Of a stretch of 16,908 nt of DNA, positions 7,056-16,908 are shown piece by piece; the stretch's first letter is position 1; each line of letters opens with the position of its first letter. Source of the DNA: Candidatus Hydrogenedentota bacterium (GTDB taxonomy: Bacteria; Hydrogenedentota; Hydrogenedentia; Hydrogenedentales; SLHB01); assembly GCA_034408725.1 (NCBI GenBank), contig JAWXCN010000073.1:1-16908 (forward strand), written 5' to 3'. A program made the position numbers and the translations under genes. The notes beneath the pieces are model-generated. The model saw only the letters and a list, made by a program, of their open reading frames with translations. It was not told the DNA's origin and did not search any database.

Positions 7056-8036
7056 ATGCTACGCGCGCGCATCATCGGCACGGGCCACTATTTGCCCGAA
7101 CGTGTACTCACCAATAACGACCTTGAACACCTGATGGAGACGACGGACGAATGGATTCGTCAACGGACCGGGATTCTGCAACGGCATATTGCCGCGGATG
7201 ACGAGGCGGCGTCGGACCTTGCGTCACATGCCTGCAGGAGCGCGCTTGTGATGGCGGAGGTCGATGCGGCGGACGTGGACTATGTGATTTGCGCGACATT
7301 GACGCCGGATTATTTTATGCCGTCGTCGGCGTGTTTGGTGCAGCACAAGATTGGCGCGCGACGCGCGGCGGCCTGCGATGTCAATGCCGCGTGTTCGGGA
7401 TTTATATACGGCTTGCAGCAGGCCGATGCTTTGATTCGCGCGGGGGTCCACAAAACCATTCTTGTCGTTGGCAGCGAGATTATGACCTCTCGGCTGGATT
7501 GGACCAAGCGTGATACCGCGGTGTTGTTCGGCGACGGGGCGGGCGCGGTGGTCTTGCGCGGCGATACGGGTGGCGCAGGTATTTTATCCACGTACACGGC
7601 GTCCGACGGCAGCGCGTACGATATTCTGATGGTCTCCGCGGGCGGGTCCGCGCAGGTCATTACGCCAGAAAACATTCACGATCTGAACCGTGGCATCCAG
7701 ATGAACGGGCGGGAGTTGTACAAACGCGCAGTACATGCTTTCGGCGACGCCGTCGAACAGGCGCTGCAGCGCGCGAACGTAAGTGTCGATGACCTTCGCC
7801 TTTTTGTTCCCCACCAGGCGAACAAGCGAATCATTGCCGCCGCGGTCGAACGCATAGGTCTCGCCGATGACAAGATTTACCTCAACGTAGATCGCGTTGC
7901 CAACACCAGCGCGGCGTCGATTCCCATCGCGCTCGATCAGGCGCTTGCGGAGGGGCGGTTTGCGGCAGGCGATCTGGTGCTGCTGGCTGCGTTTGGCGCG
8001 GGGTTGACTTGGGGCTCCGCGGTAATCCGCTGGTAA
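7056..8036 (+). CDS. fabH: Beta-ketoacyl-ACP synthase III
   Basis: EWIRQRTGI, DVNAACSGF (catalytic Cys), LFGDGAGA, VPHQANKRII (His), VANTSAASIP (Asn) and FGAGLTWG. Confidence 0.96.
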   Translation: MLRARIIGTGHYLPERVLTNNDLEHLMETTDEWIRQRTGILQRHIAADDEAASDLASHACRSALVMAEVDAADVDYVICATLTPDYFMPSSACLVQHKIGARRAAACDVNAACSGFIYGLQQADALIRAGVHKTILVVGSEIMTSRLDWTKRDTAVLFGDGAGAVVLRGDTGGAGILSTYTASDGSAYDILMVSAGGSAQVITPENIHDLNRGIQMNGRELYKRAVHAFGDAVEQALQRANVSVDDLRLFVPHQANKRIIAAAVERIGLADDKIYLNVDRVANTSAASIPIALDQALAEGRFAAGDLVLLAAFGAGLTWGSAVIRW

Positions 8037-8062
8037 GGTTTGCGGGTGTGTCATTTGACGGG

Positions 8063-8091
8063 TTGCCGTAATATTTGCTGTTTGCTATTCT
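8063..8091 (+). promoter_or_regulatory. Putative sigma70-type promoter for the PPIase gene
   Basis: TTGCCG (8063-8068), 17 nt, TATTCT (8086-8091) with TGn immediately before the -10. Confidence 0.45.
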
Positions 8092-8152
8092 TTCCCTTTC
8101 GGTGCTCGCTGAGGATGCGCCAATTCCAACACTAATACGGACGAACCAAACC

Positions 8153-9121
8153 ATGCGCTCACTTCGTACAGTTTCGACCGCCGCTGCACTTGCGTTTTAC
8201 GCGTTTGCGGCGCGCGGGGAAGTTATCGATCAGGTCGTTGCCACTGTGGACAAAGAAGCGATCCTCATGAGCGAACTCCTGGCGGAAATTGGGCCGCAGC
8301 TTCGCGAGATACGCGCGCAGTCCACCAGCCAGCAGGACCTTGATCGCCTGCTCGATGAAAAAATGCGCGCCACGCTCGAGCAGGCCATCGAGAACAAGAT
8401 ACTGCTGCGCGAGGCGCAACTGGCCGGCGTGCCGATTGCAGACGCGGACGTTGATCAACGCTTCGAAGAGTACAAACGGCTATACCCTTCCAACGACGAG
8501 TTCATGCAGGAGATAGAACAGGCCGGCGAAACCGTTACCGCGCTCAAGGAGCGGTTGCGCAAGCAGATGATGGCGCGGACGATGGCCGTGCGAAAGACAA
8601 CTGAACTGGAACAGGGTATTGTCATTTCGGAATCCGAGATTTCCCAATACTTTCAGGATAACAAAGAGAAATTTCAAAACGAGGAGCGCGCGCGCTGTTC
8701 GCAAATTTTTATGCCCGCGGGCGAAGACTTGGCGGAGCGGGACAGGGTACGGGCGCAGTTGGAGCAGTTGAAAGAAGAAATCGATAACGGCGCGGACTTT
8801 GCCGAACTTGCCATCGAGCATTCCAAAGCGCCCGGCGCGGAGGACGGCGGTATTGTCGGATGGGTGCAGCGCGGCGACCTGGTGGGACGGTTGGATGAAA
8901 TGGCGTTCGCGCTCGAGGAAGGACAGGTCAGCGAAGTGATCGAATCCGACCAGGGCTTTCATCTGCTCAAGGTCGATAAAAAGGAAGTCGCGGGAGAGGC
9001 GACCCTGGACGACGTTCGCGCGAGTATCGAGCCCGAATTGCGGCGGGCAGCCGCGTCGGAAAAGTTCAAGAAGTGGATGACCGATTTGCGCAAGCGCAGC
9101 CGCGTGCAATTGTTTTTGTAG
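8153..9121 (+). CDS. SurA/PrsA-like periplasmic chaperone with one PpiC (parvulin) PPIase domain
   Basis: Signal-peptide-like MRSLRTVSTAAALAFYAFAARG from ATG 8153, SurA-type N-domain start EVIDQVVATVDKEAILMSEL, and parvulin motifs GADFAELAIEHS, GGIVGWV, VSEVIESDQGFHLLKV. Confidence 0.88.
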   Translation: MRSLRTVSTAAALAFYAFAARGEVIDQVVATVDKEAILMSELLAEIGPQLREIRAQSTSQQDLDRLLDEKMRATLEQAIENKILLREAQLAGVPIADADVDQRFEEYKRLYPSNDEFMQEIEQAGETVTALKERLRKQMMARTMAVRKTTELEQGIVISESEISQYFQDNKEKFQNEERARCSQIFMPAGEDLAERDRVRAQLEQLKEEIDNGADFAELAIEHSKAPGAEDGGIVGWVQRGDLVGRLDEMAFALEEGQVSEVIESDQGFHLLKVDKKEVAGEATLDDVRASIEPELRRAAASEKFKKWMTDLRKRSRVQLFL

Positions 9122-9135
9122 AACTGGTTGGCGCC

Positions 9136-9906
9136 ATGGTGGGCCGCACGCTCAAAATGGCCTTTTGGCTCTTTCATGATCATTTGGGAACGCTTCTCGC
9201 GGCCAACCTGATTTGGGCCGTCGCGCTCGCCGTGCCGATTAGCATCGGGGTTCCCGCCTTCATTTCCGGTGACGCCCGGCTCATGTTTCTTGTCGGAGCG
9301 CCCGCAATTTTTGTGGCGTTCTTCGTACTTTCCCCACTGGTCTGCACGGGGATCGCGCATCTGGTCAAGACCTGCATCGATACCCGCGACGGTTCGCTCT
9401 CGGATTTTTTCACAGGCATGTGGAAATATGCATTGCGGTCCGTGGGCGCCGGAGTTGTCTATGGGGTAGTCATGATTGCGCTGCTGACCAGCGCGTGGTT
9501 CTACGCTACCCGACTACACGCCACTGCCCCAATTGTGGGATATGCACTCAGCGGACTAGCTTTGGGAAGCGCGGCAGTGCTTGGCGCAATGGCATTGCTC
9601 CTGCCCGCGGCCATTGTCCAGCGCAAGACGGGAGTGTTTGCGACGCTTCGCCTAACGTTGCTGCTGGTGCTTGCGAATCCGCTTTGGATGCTGGGAGTGT
9701 CCTTGCAGTGTTTGTTCTTGACGGTGCTGTCGGTGTTTTTCGTGCCGCTGTTTTTTGCGGGCTATGCTTCCGCCGTGGTTTGCGCCGGGTCAGCCGCATA
9801 CGAATTGCTCGCGCGGAAATATGCCGTGGACAGGGAGCAAGATGACCTGCAGGACGATTACTTAAACCGCGGATTGCGGGACTTGTTTTTTCCCTGGAAG
9901 GGATGA
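9136..9906 (+). CDS. Multi-pass integral membrane protein (possibly YesL/DUF624-like)
   Basis: About six hydrophobic segments, with the pattern LLAANLIW...SPLVCTGIAHLV...SLSDFFTGMWKY. ATG 9136 is chosen to avoid overlap with the upstream gene. Confidence 0.65.
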   Translation: MVGRTLKMAFWLFHDHLGTLLAANLIWAVALAVPISIGVPAFISGDARLMFLVGAPAIFVAFFVLSPLVCTGIAHLVKTCIDTRDGSLSDFFTGMWKYALRSVGAGVVYGVVMIALLTSAWFYATRLHATAPIVGYALSGLALGSAAVLGAMALLLPAAIVQRKTGVFATLRLTLLLVLANPLWMLGVSLQCLFLTVLSVFFVPLFFAGYASAVVCAGSAAYELLARKYAVDREQDDLQDDYLNRGLRDLFFPWKG

Positions 9907-9931
9907 ACCATTTGGATTCAATTTAATTTCT

Positions 9932-9946
9932 TTGTAATTATTATAA
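9932..9946. promoter_or_regulatory. 7-1-7 inverted repeat resembling a Fur-family (PerR/Fur/Zur) operator
   Basis: TTGTAAT-T-ATTATAA is one mismatch from the PerR box TTATAATnATTATAA. It overlaps a perfect palindrome TAATTATAATTA (9944-9955). Confidence 0.35.
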
Positions 9947-9983
9947 TTATAATTAAAATCGGTGTTTGGTAACTAATTTTTGT

Positions 9984-11346
<1,363 letters not shown>

Positions 11347-11360
11347 CGGACATTGAGATT

Positions 11361-11660
11361 ATGACTAAAGGGTATGTTTTAGCGATAATACTGGCGGTCG
11401 GCTTGGCGGCGGCGTATGCGGTGCAACGCGACCTGCCGGCGCAATATGATTTTTATTTTCAGAACGAGGCATATACGGCCACGCTGCAGTCGCAGTACGA
11501 GACACTCGTGGTTGAAGAGCAGCGGCTGGTTGGACGGGTCGACGGATTAGAGCGCGACCCGATCGAGATGGAGGAAAACGTCCGCCATCAGAAGCAACTG
11601 GCCAAACCGGGCGAGCGGCTGTACCGCATCGAATACGGACCTGCTCCCTCTTCTCGGTAG
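11361..11660 (+). CDS. ftsB: FtsB/DivIC-like septum formation initiator
   Basis: One N-terminal TM segment, a coiled coil, and DPIEMEENVRHQKQLAKPGERLY matching the EexAR..LG.vkpGE pattern. The position after eno is the classical one. Confidence 0.75.
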   Translation: MTKGYVLAIILAVGLAAAYAVQRDLPAQYDFYFQNEAYTATLQSQYETLVVEEQRLVGRVDGLERDPIEMEENVRHQKQLAKPGERLYRIEYGPAPSSR

Positions 11661-11670
11661 GGAGTCTTGG

Positions 11671-12651
11671 ATCCTTCTGTCGCACGAACTTGTCCTAAAT
11701 AGCCAGGAAGAAGCGATTAAGCTTCTTGGCAAAAACGGGGAAATCCGGAAACGCATCCAGGAAGTCAGCCCCGTCCGAATTGTGGATCGCGGCGCGAAAG
11801 TCGTCATCCTGGGAGATGACAAGGACGCAGCCAAGGTAGGGCAGGTTCTCGCCGAAATGCTCGTAGCGGTCCGCAACGGCCACACGCCATCCGTACACGA
11901 TGTTTCGTACGCGCTGAGCGAAGTGCGCGAAAGCCGCACGGAAAGTCTGGGCGCCATTCTGGGCGGAAGCGCGTCGCGCGGGTTGCGCGGCGACATTGCA
12001 ATCAAACCGCGCACCCGAGGGCAGTCCGATTATCTCGACGCCATCAAGGGCCATGGCGTAACGCTCGTCATCGGCCCCGCGGGCACGGGCAAGACATACC
12101 TTGCGGTAGCGGCGGCGGTATCCGCGCTGCTGAACAAAGAGGTGGGCCGGCTAATCCTGACGAGGCCCGCGGTCGAAGCGGGTGAAAACCTGGGGTTCCT
12201 GCCTGGGGATTTGCAACAGAAAGTGAATCCGTATCTCCGGCCGCTGTTCGATGCTTTGTCGGCGATGCTGGACGCAGACCGCGTGCGCCGCATGATCGAG
12301 CGAGAAACCATTGAGGTTGCGCCATTGGCGTTCATGCGCGGACGCACGCTGGACCGCTCGTTCGCGATTCTCGACGAGGCGCAGAATACCACCGTTGAAC
12401 AAATGAAAATGTTTCTGACACGGCTTGGCGAGGGTTCGCGCGCGGTCATCACGGGCGATGTCACGCAAATCGATCTGCCGAGGGGCATGCGGTCCGGTCT
12501 TGTTGACGCGGAACGCGTGCTTCAAAATACGGAAGGTATCGCTATCGTGCATCTGCACCGGCGCGATGTCGTCCGGCACCCGCTGGTCCAGAATATTATC
12601 GAGGCGTATGAAGTGGCCGAGCGGGCCGCGGCGAGCGAGCAGGACGCATAA
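11671..12651 (+). CDS. phoH: PhoH family ATPase (PhoH/YbeZ); start codon non-canonical or uncertain
   Basis: GPAGTGKT, LTRPAVEAGENLGFLPGD, LAFMRGRT, DEAQN, GDVTQIDLP and DVVRHPLV. The frame continues upstream of GTG 11782 through the N-terminal domain (SHELVLNSQEEAIKLLGKNGEIRKRIQE). The start is placed tentatively at ATC 11671 after GGAG. Confidence 0.92.
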   Translation: MLLSHELVLNSQEEAIKLLGKNGEIRKRIQEVSPVRIVDRGAKVVILGDDKDAAKVGQVLAEMLVAVRNGHTPSVHDVSYALSEVRESRTESLGAILGGSASRGLRGDIAIKPRTRGQSDYLDAIKGHGVTLVIGPAGTGKTYLAVAAAVSALLNKEVGRLILTRPAVEAGENLGFLPGDLQQKVNPYLRPLFDALSAMLDADRVRRMIERETIEVAPLAFMRGRTLDRSFAILDEAQNTTVEQMKMFLTRLGEGSRAVITGDVTQIDLPRGMRSGLVDAERVLQNTEGIAIVHLHRRDVVRHPLVQNIIEAYEVAERAAASEQDA

Positions 12652-12653
12652 CC

Positions 12654-15128
12654 ATGTTGACCCGGTTCCGTAAGCGGCAGCCGCTCAGCCCTGGCATGTA
12701 CAGGGGACAGCAGCAAGAGGACGACGAAGCGAAGCAGCGGCGTTGGCTGCGCATCATTCTCCTGGTGTCCTTCGCGTTTCTTGTCATCGTAATCACCAAA
12801 CGCCTTGATCTCGGCCGGCAAACGCAAGCCATCAACACGGACGGGAAAGTCGCGCAGGAAACTGTCGTCGCGGAAATCGGATTCTCGAGCGAGGACATTG
12901 ATCGAACACGCGATGCGCGGGAAGCCGCGGCGGCAAAAGTGCCGGACGCCTTTCGCATTGATGATGCGAGGGTCCAGCAGCAGCTTGCGGCATTTGATGA
13001 ACTTACCACGCGTATTGACGCGCTCAAACCCGCAGTGGAAGCCGCGCTAGAAGAGTTGCGCGCGCAATCCGGCGCGGACGAACCTTCCGCGACGGCAGTC
13101 AGCAAGGTCTTGCGCATTGTCGCGGAAGCGGCGATTGAAGACGACAGCGCGCTTGCCACGCTCACACCGGAGATGCTCGCCACGTGGTTAGCGCCGCGTG
13201 CGGCGCCCGAAACGAAAGCAGTCGCGCCGGTCGAGAGTGAGGAGGTGGTTGCGGAAGAAACGCCAACCCCAGCGCCGGCATTTTCTTTCGCCCACTTGGG
13301 TGACCTCGTCCGGCTCGCGCGCAGCAGTCTCGAATTCACCCTCGCGCAAGGGATCATAGGGCCGGGCGATCGCAGCAGCGAGATTTTCTCGAAGGACCCC
13401 GACCGCATCATTTTGGTGACGCGCGACAAGCCTGTTGCCGGCCAGTATTCGGAGGAGGAGCTTGCCTTCAACGATATCCTAACCGTCGAGACGGCCCAGG
13501 GCGCGCTACGTTCCCGCATTGCCAAAGTGGCGGACGAGCTTCCTGAATCCGCGGCGACGATTGATCGCATTCGATTGCAGGACGCCGCATATGACGTGTC
13601 GCGCCAATTCATCGCTGAAACGCTCGCATATGACGCCGATATGACCAACGTCATGCGCGACGAGGCCCGGCTGGCAGTGGCGCCTGTCACGAAAGAGATC
13701 ATGGCGCAGGAAGAAATTCAACGGAAAGGGCAGCGTTGGACACCGCAATCGCGCATGGACGCGAAGACGTATACGGAAATGAAGGCGCGCTTTGATCAGC
13801 AGACTGCGAACCTGACGGGCACGATTGTCGCCCACATGATTATAGTTGGTCTCGCGCTGTTCGCATTGGTGCGCGCGCTTCCGTGGTTGCATCGTGACGC
13901 GGAGCACCGGTTCCAGGTTTTGTGCCTTGCGCTTTTGGTCGTTTGCGTCACTGTATTTATCGGGCGCGTGGTGACGTACTTTACGGACGTTGGCCTCGTC
14001 GTGCCCGCGGCGGCGGGCGCGATACTCATCGCGATTCTTGCGAATGCCCGGGTTGCAAGCCTTACGTCGATCATTGCCGCGCTTCTGTTGTCGGTCGAGT
14101 TTGACTATAGCTGGCAACTGCTGGTGATCACGGGAGCAATGTCGTTTACCGGTGTGATGAGCATCTACAGGGTCCGCAAGCGCAGCGACATGGGTAACGC
14201 ATCAGTGAAGGCCACACTGGTAGGTGTGCTGATCGTATTGGCCCTTGCCCTGACGCAGGATTCACTTCTCGCCAACTCGACCCTGTACGCGCTCATGATG
14301 GTGGGGGTAAACGGCGTCTTCTGCCTGGGCCTTGTGCCAGCGGTGTTGCCGACGCTCGAACGGCTGTTCGGCATCACCACCGACATCCAACTTCTGGAAT
14401 ACTCCGATTTGAACAATCCCGTACTGAGCCGGTTGGCGATGGAAGTGCCCGCGACGTATGCGCACAGTCTGATGATCGGCCAGCTTGCCGAGGCCGCCGC
14501 GGACGCCATCGGCGCAAACGGTCTTATGGCGCGTGTCTGCGCATATTATCATGACATCGGGAAAATGAAGCGGCCGGAATATTTTGTCGAGAACCAGACA
14601 GGTGTAAATATCCACGATGAACTGTCGCCGAGGTTGAGCGCCCGCGCAATTGCGTCGCACGTAAGCGAAGGCGCGGAAATGGCGCGAGAACTGCACCTGC
14701 CGAAACCGATCATTGACGGCATTCTCGAACACCACGGAACTTGCCTTATCAGTTTCTTTTATAAGGAAGCAGTCGCGCAGGCCAAGCACGGGGGTGTCAG
14801 CGAGGCCGACTTCCGGTATCCGGGTCCCCGGCCGCGACATCGGGAGACGGCGATTTTGATGATCTGCGACGCAGTCGAATCAGCAGTGCGCACGCTGAAA
14901 AACCCGAACGAAGAACGGGTGCGCGAAATGGTGGATCGAATCATTGCGAGCCGCGCGAGCGACCGCCAGTTTGATGAATGCGACCTTACGCTCAAAGACC
15001 TGGACACTATTGCGGAGGTCGTATCCAAGCGCGTCACGTCTACGCAGCACCGCCGTATCGCCTACCCGGATCAAAAGCCGGAGACCAAGGCCACCAACGT
15101 CATTCCATTGACGGGAGGCCAGGACTAG
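12654..15128 (+). CDS. 7TM-HD membrane phosphohydrolase (PgpH/YqfF-like, putative cyclic-di-AMP phosphodiesterase)
   Basis: N-terminal TM, large extracytoplasmic domain, multi-TM bundle, then HD domain: LLEYSDLNNPVL, PATYAHS, YYHDIGK, YFVENQ, EHHGT, FRYPGPRP, ICDAVES. Located between phoH and ybeY. Confidence 0.92.
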   Translation: MLTRFRKRQPLSPGMYRGQQQEDDEAKQRRWLRIILLVSFAFLVIVITKRLDLGRQTQAINTDGKVAQETVVAEIGFSSEDIDRTRDAREAAAAKVPDAFRIDDARVQQQLAAFDELTTRIDALKPAVEAALEELRAQSGADEPSATAVSKVLRIVAEAAIEDDSALATLTPEMLATWLAPRAAPETKAVAPVESEEVVAEETPTPAPAFSFAHLGDLVRLARSSLEFTLAQGIIGPGDRSSEIFSKDPDRIILVTRDKPVAGQYSEEELAFNDILTVETAQGALRSRIAKVADELPESAATIDRIRLQDAAYDVSRQFIAETLAYDADMTNVMRDEARLAVAPVTKEIMAQEEIQRKGQRWTPQSRMDAKTYTEMKARFDQQTANLTGTIVAHMIIVGLALFALVRALPWLHRDAEHRFQVLCLALLVVCVTVFIGRVVTYFTDVGLVVPAAAGAILIAILANARVASLTSIIAALLLSVEFDYSWQLLVITGAMSFTGVMSIYRVRKRSDMGNASVKATLVGVLIVLALALTQDSLLANSTLYALMMVGVNGVFCLGLVPAVLPTLERLFGITTDIQLLEYSDLNNPVLSRLAMEVPATYAHSLMIGQLAEAAADAIGANGLMARVCAYYHDIGKMKRPEYFVENQTGVNIHDELSPRLSARAIASHVSEGAEMARELHLPKPIIDGILEHHGTCLISFFYKEAVAQAKHGGVSEADFRYPGPRPRHRETAILMICDAVESAVRTLKNPNEERVREMVDRIIASRASDRQFDECDLTLKDLDTIAEVVSKRVTSTQHRRIAYPDQKPETKATNVIPLTGGQD

Positions 15129-15592
15129 TGCGGGTCGGCCTCGCCGTGCGCAATGACACGGCGTATGCGAATTGCCATGCGCTCGCGGACCTTCGCGGTC
15201 TCGCGAAGCGCATTTGTGGCGGTGAAGGGGTTGCGGAAGACCTCGAGATCAGCGTGCTCCTGTGCGACGATGCGACAATGCAAGCGTTGAATGCGCAATA
15301 CGCGCACAAGAACGAGGCGACCGACGTGTTGTCATTTCCCCAACCCGATGCGCATATTCTGGATGGTCCGCGTGCGCTCGGGGACATCGCGATATCGCTC
15401 GAAACGGTTTCGCGCCGGTGCGACGCAGAAAATGCCGCCATGCGCGCGGAAGTCCGGTTGCTGTTTTGTCATGGATTGTTGCACCTGCTTGGATTTGATC
15501 ATGCAACGGCGTGCGCCAAACGTGCCATGGCCGAACGGCAAGCCGTTTATCTCGAATGCTCCGTGGACGCGGCGTGGTTCCGCGGCCATTGA
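15128..15592 (+). CDS. ybeY: rRNA maturation endoribonuclease YbeY
   Basis: LNAQY, ATDVLSFP, LGDIAIS and the HGLLHLLGFDH zinc motif. GTG 15128 overlaps the upstream TAG, with SD GGGAGG at 15113-15118. Confidence 0.95.
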   Translation: MRVGLAVRNDTAYANCHALADLRGLAKRICGGEGVAEDLEISVLLCDDATMQALNAQYAHKNEATDVLSFPQPDAHILDGPRALGDIAISLETVSRRCDAENAAMRAEVRLLFCHGLLHLLGFDHATACAKRAMAERQAVYLECSVDAAWFRGH

Positions 15593-16908
15593 TGCGCCGA
15601 GGCGATAGAGACAACAATCCAGTGAATCCGTTTTCAGAACTAACAGGCCGGACCCCCATGCGCATCATGATTATCACGATGCTCGTCATGTCGGTGTTCG
15701 CGAGCGCGGCCGAAGAAACCGCCGTGGACGGCGCGCTGACCACGCCCAATATCGAAGAGACATTTTACGAGCGGGGCGCGGCGGCGGATGGCGTGGTGAC
15801 GTTTATTCCACCGCAGGCGTCCAATGTGACGCGCCATCTTCCGCCTTACATTCTGGGCGCGGTAGCTCTGTTGATTCTGGTCTCGGCGTTTTACTCGGCG
15901 GCGGAGACCGCCTTTTTTTCAATTCACAGGCTGCGCCTGCGCAGCCTTAAAGAGGACGATACGGCATCCGGCGCATTGATCGCGCAGATGATGGAACATC
16001 CGGGGCGTTTGCTCACGACCATCCTCATAAGCAACCTCATTGTAAACATGTTGATTGGCGTATTGTTGGGAGCGCGCGTCGAGGACATGTTTCTGGAACT
16101 CATGCCCGGGGTTCCGCGCGCGGTAACGTATTTGTTGGCGGTCGGCCTTTGCGCGTCGCTGATCCTGTTTTTCGGCGAGATCGCGCCAAAAGTATTTGCC
16201 GTGCAGGCAAGCGAACAGTTTGCCCGCGCATCCGTGTTTCCGCTGCTGGCAACGGACCGCATCCTCGTGCCGCTCCGCGATGGATTGCTTGGGATCACCA
16301 ATCTTCTATTCAAAGTAACGCGCTTTCATGAGCTGCGCGCCGCGCCATTTATCACCGATGACGAGTTGCGGTCCGCGCTGACGGACAGCGAGGCCCAAGG
16401 CGTTATCGAAGAAGATGAACGGCAGATGATTCAGGGCATCCTGGAGGTCAGCGACGCTCAACTGCGCGAAATACTGGTGCCGCGCCCAGACGTTATCGCG
16501 CTTGCGGAGGACGCAACGGTCTCCGATGCGCTTTCGCTGTATCGCGAGCACCGGTATTCACGGATGCCGGTCTACCGCGATAGCCTCGACACGATTTTCG
16601 GAACGCTCGTTGCCAAGGACCTGTTGCCATACATGGCCCGCGGGGAATTGGACCGCGATATCCGGCCCCTTATTCGCCCGGCGCACTATGTGCCCGCGAC
16701 GATGACCGTGCAGCAGTTCGTTCACGACGCGCAACGCCATCACACGCACATCGCCGTCGTGGTTGATGAATATGGAGGCGCCGCGGGCATCGTCACGCTT
16801 GAGGACGCCCTCGAGCAGGTCGTAGGCGACATGATGGACGAAGCAGACGAGGAGCCAGGATACAAGCGCGTAGGCGACAAGGTCTACGACATTGATGGCG
16901 ACTTGAGG
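15592..16908 (+). CDS. CNNM/CorB-CorC (hemolysin/HlyC family) membrane protein with CBS pair, 3'-truncated by window edge
   Basis: Not in the ORF track because it has no stop inside the window. The frame is open from ATG 15592 (alternative ATG 15658): [70 protein letters not shown]. Confidence 0.92.
   Translation, partial: MRRGDRDNNPVNPFSELTGRTPMRIMIITMLVMSVFASAAEETAVDGALTTPNIEETFYERGAAADGVVTFIPPQASNVTRHLPPYILGAVALLILVSAFYSAAETAFFSIHRLRLRSLKEDDTASGALIAQMMEHPGRLLTTILISNLIVNMLIGVLLGARVEDMFLELMPGVPRAVTYLLAVGLCASLILFFGEIAPKVFAVQASEQFARASVFPLLATDRILVPLRDGLLGITNLLFKVTRFHELRAAPFITDDELRSALTDSEAQGVIEEDERQMIQGILEVSDAQLREILVPRPDVIALAEDATVSDALSLYREHRYSRMPVYRDSLDTIFGTLVAKDLLPYMARGELDRDIRPLIRPAHYVPATMTVQQFVHDAQRHHTHIAVVVDEYGGAAGIVTLEDALEQVVGDMMDEADEEPGYKRVGDKVYDIDGDLR

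Noticed and set aside
12596-13702. 368-aa minus-strand ORF and the many other overlapping short ORFs in the track
   Set aside because: They lie opposite or out of frame within well-supported genes, with Ser/Arg/Ala-rich shadow composition and no motifs.

Overview
A GC-rich bacterial chromosomal window in which every credible gene is on the + strand. The left part holds the 3' portion of an ADP-ribosylglycohydrolase-family gene, a PGPGW membrane protein, two Gfo/Idh/MocA oxidoreductases, two tandem 64-aa antitoxin-like paralogues, thiS-thiE, an exported beta-sandwich repeat protein and a SAM methyltransferase. Next comes a small two-gene insert: a 78-aa ParB/Sulfiredoxin-like (DGNHR) micro-protein followed by a CX5R phosphatase. 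The right part is housekeeping: fabH, a SurA/PrsA-like PPIase, a membrane protein, a very AT-rich regulatory spacer, then eno-ftsB-phoH-(7TM-HD phosphodiesterase)-ybeY-(CNNM/CorC-like, truncated by the window edge). The best candidate for an undescribed system is the ParB-like micro-protein plus phosphatase pair, a possible kinase-type toxin with an eraser antitoxin. Other notable points are the toxin-less antitoxin-like tandem, a phoH gene with no ATG/GTG/TTG for its N-terminal domain, and a Fur/PerR-type 7-1-7 palindrome upstream of eno. I saw no rRNA, tRNA, CRISPR array, transposase or integrase. All family assignments come from motif recognition, not database searches.
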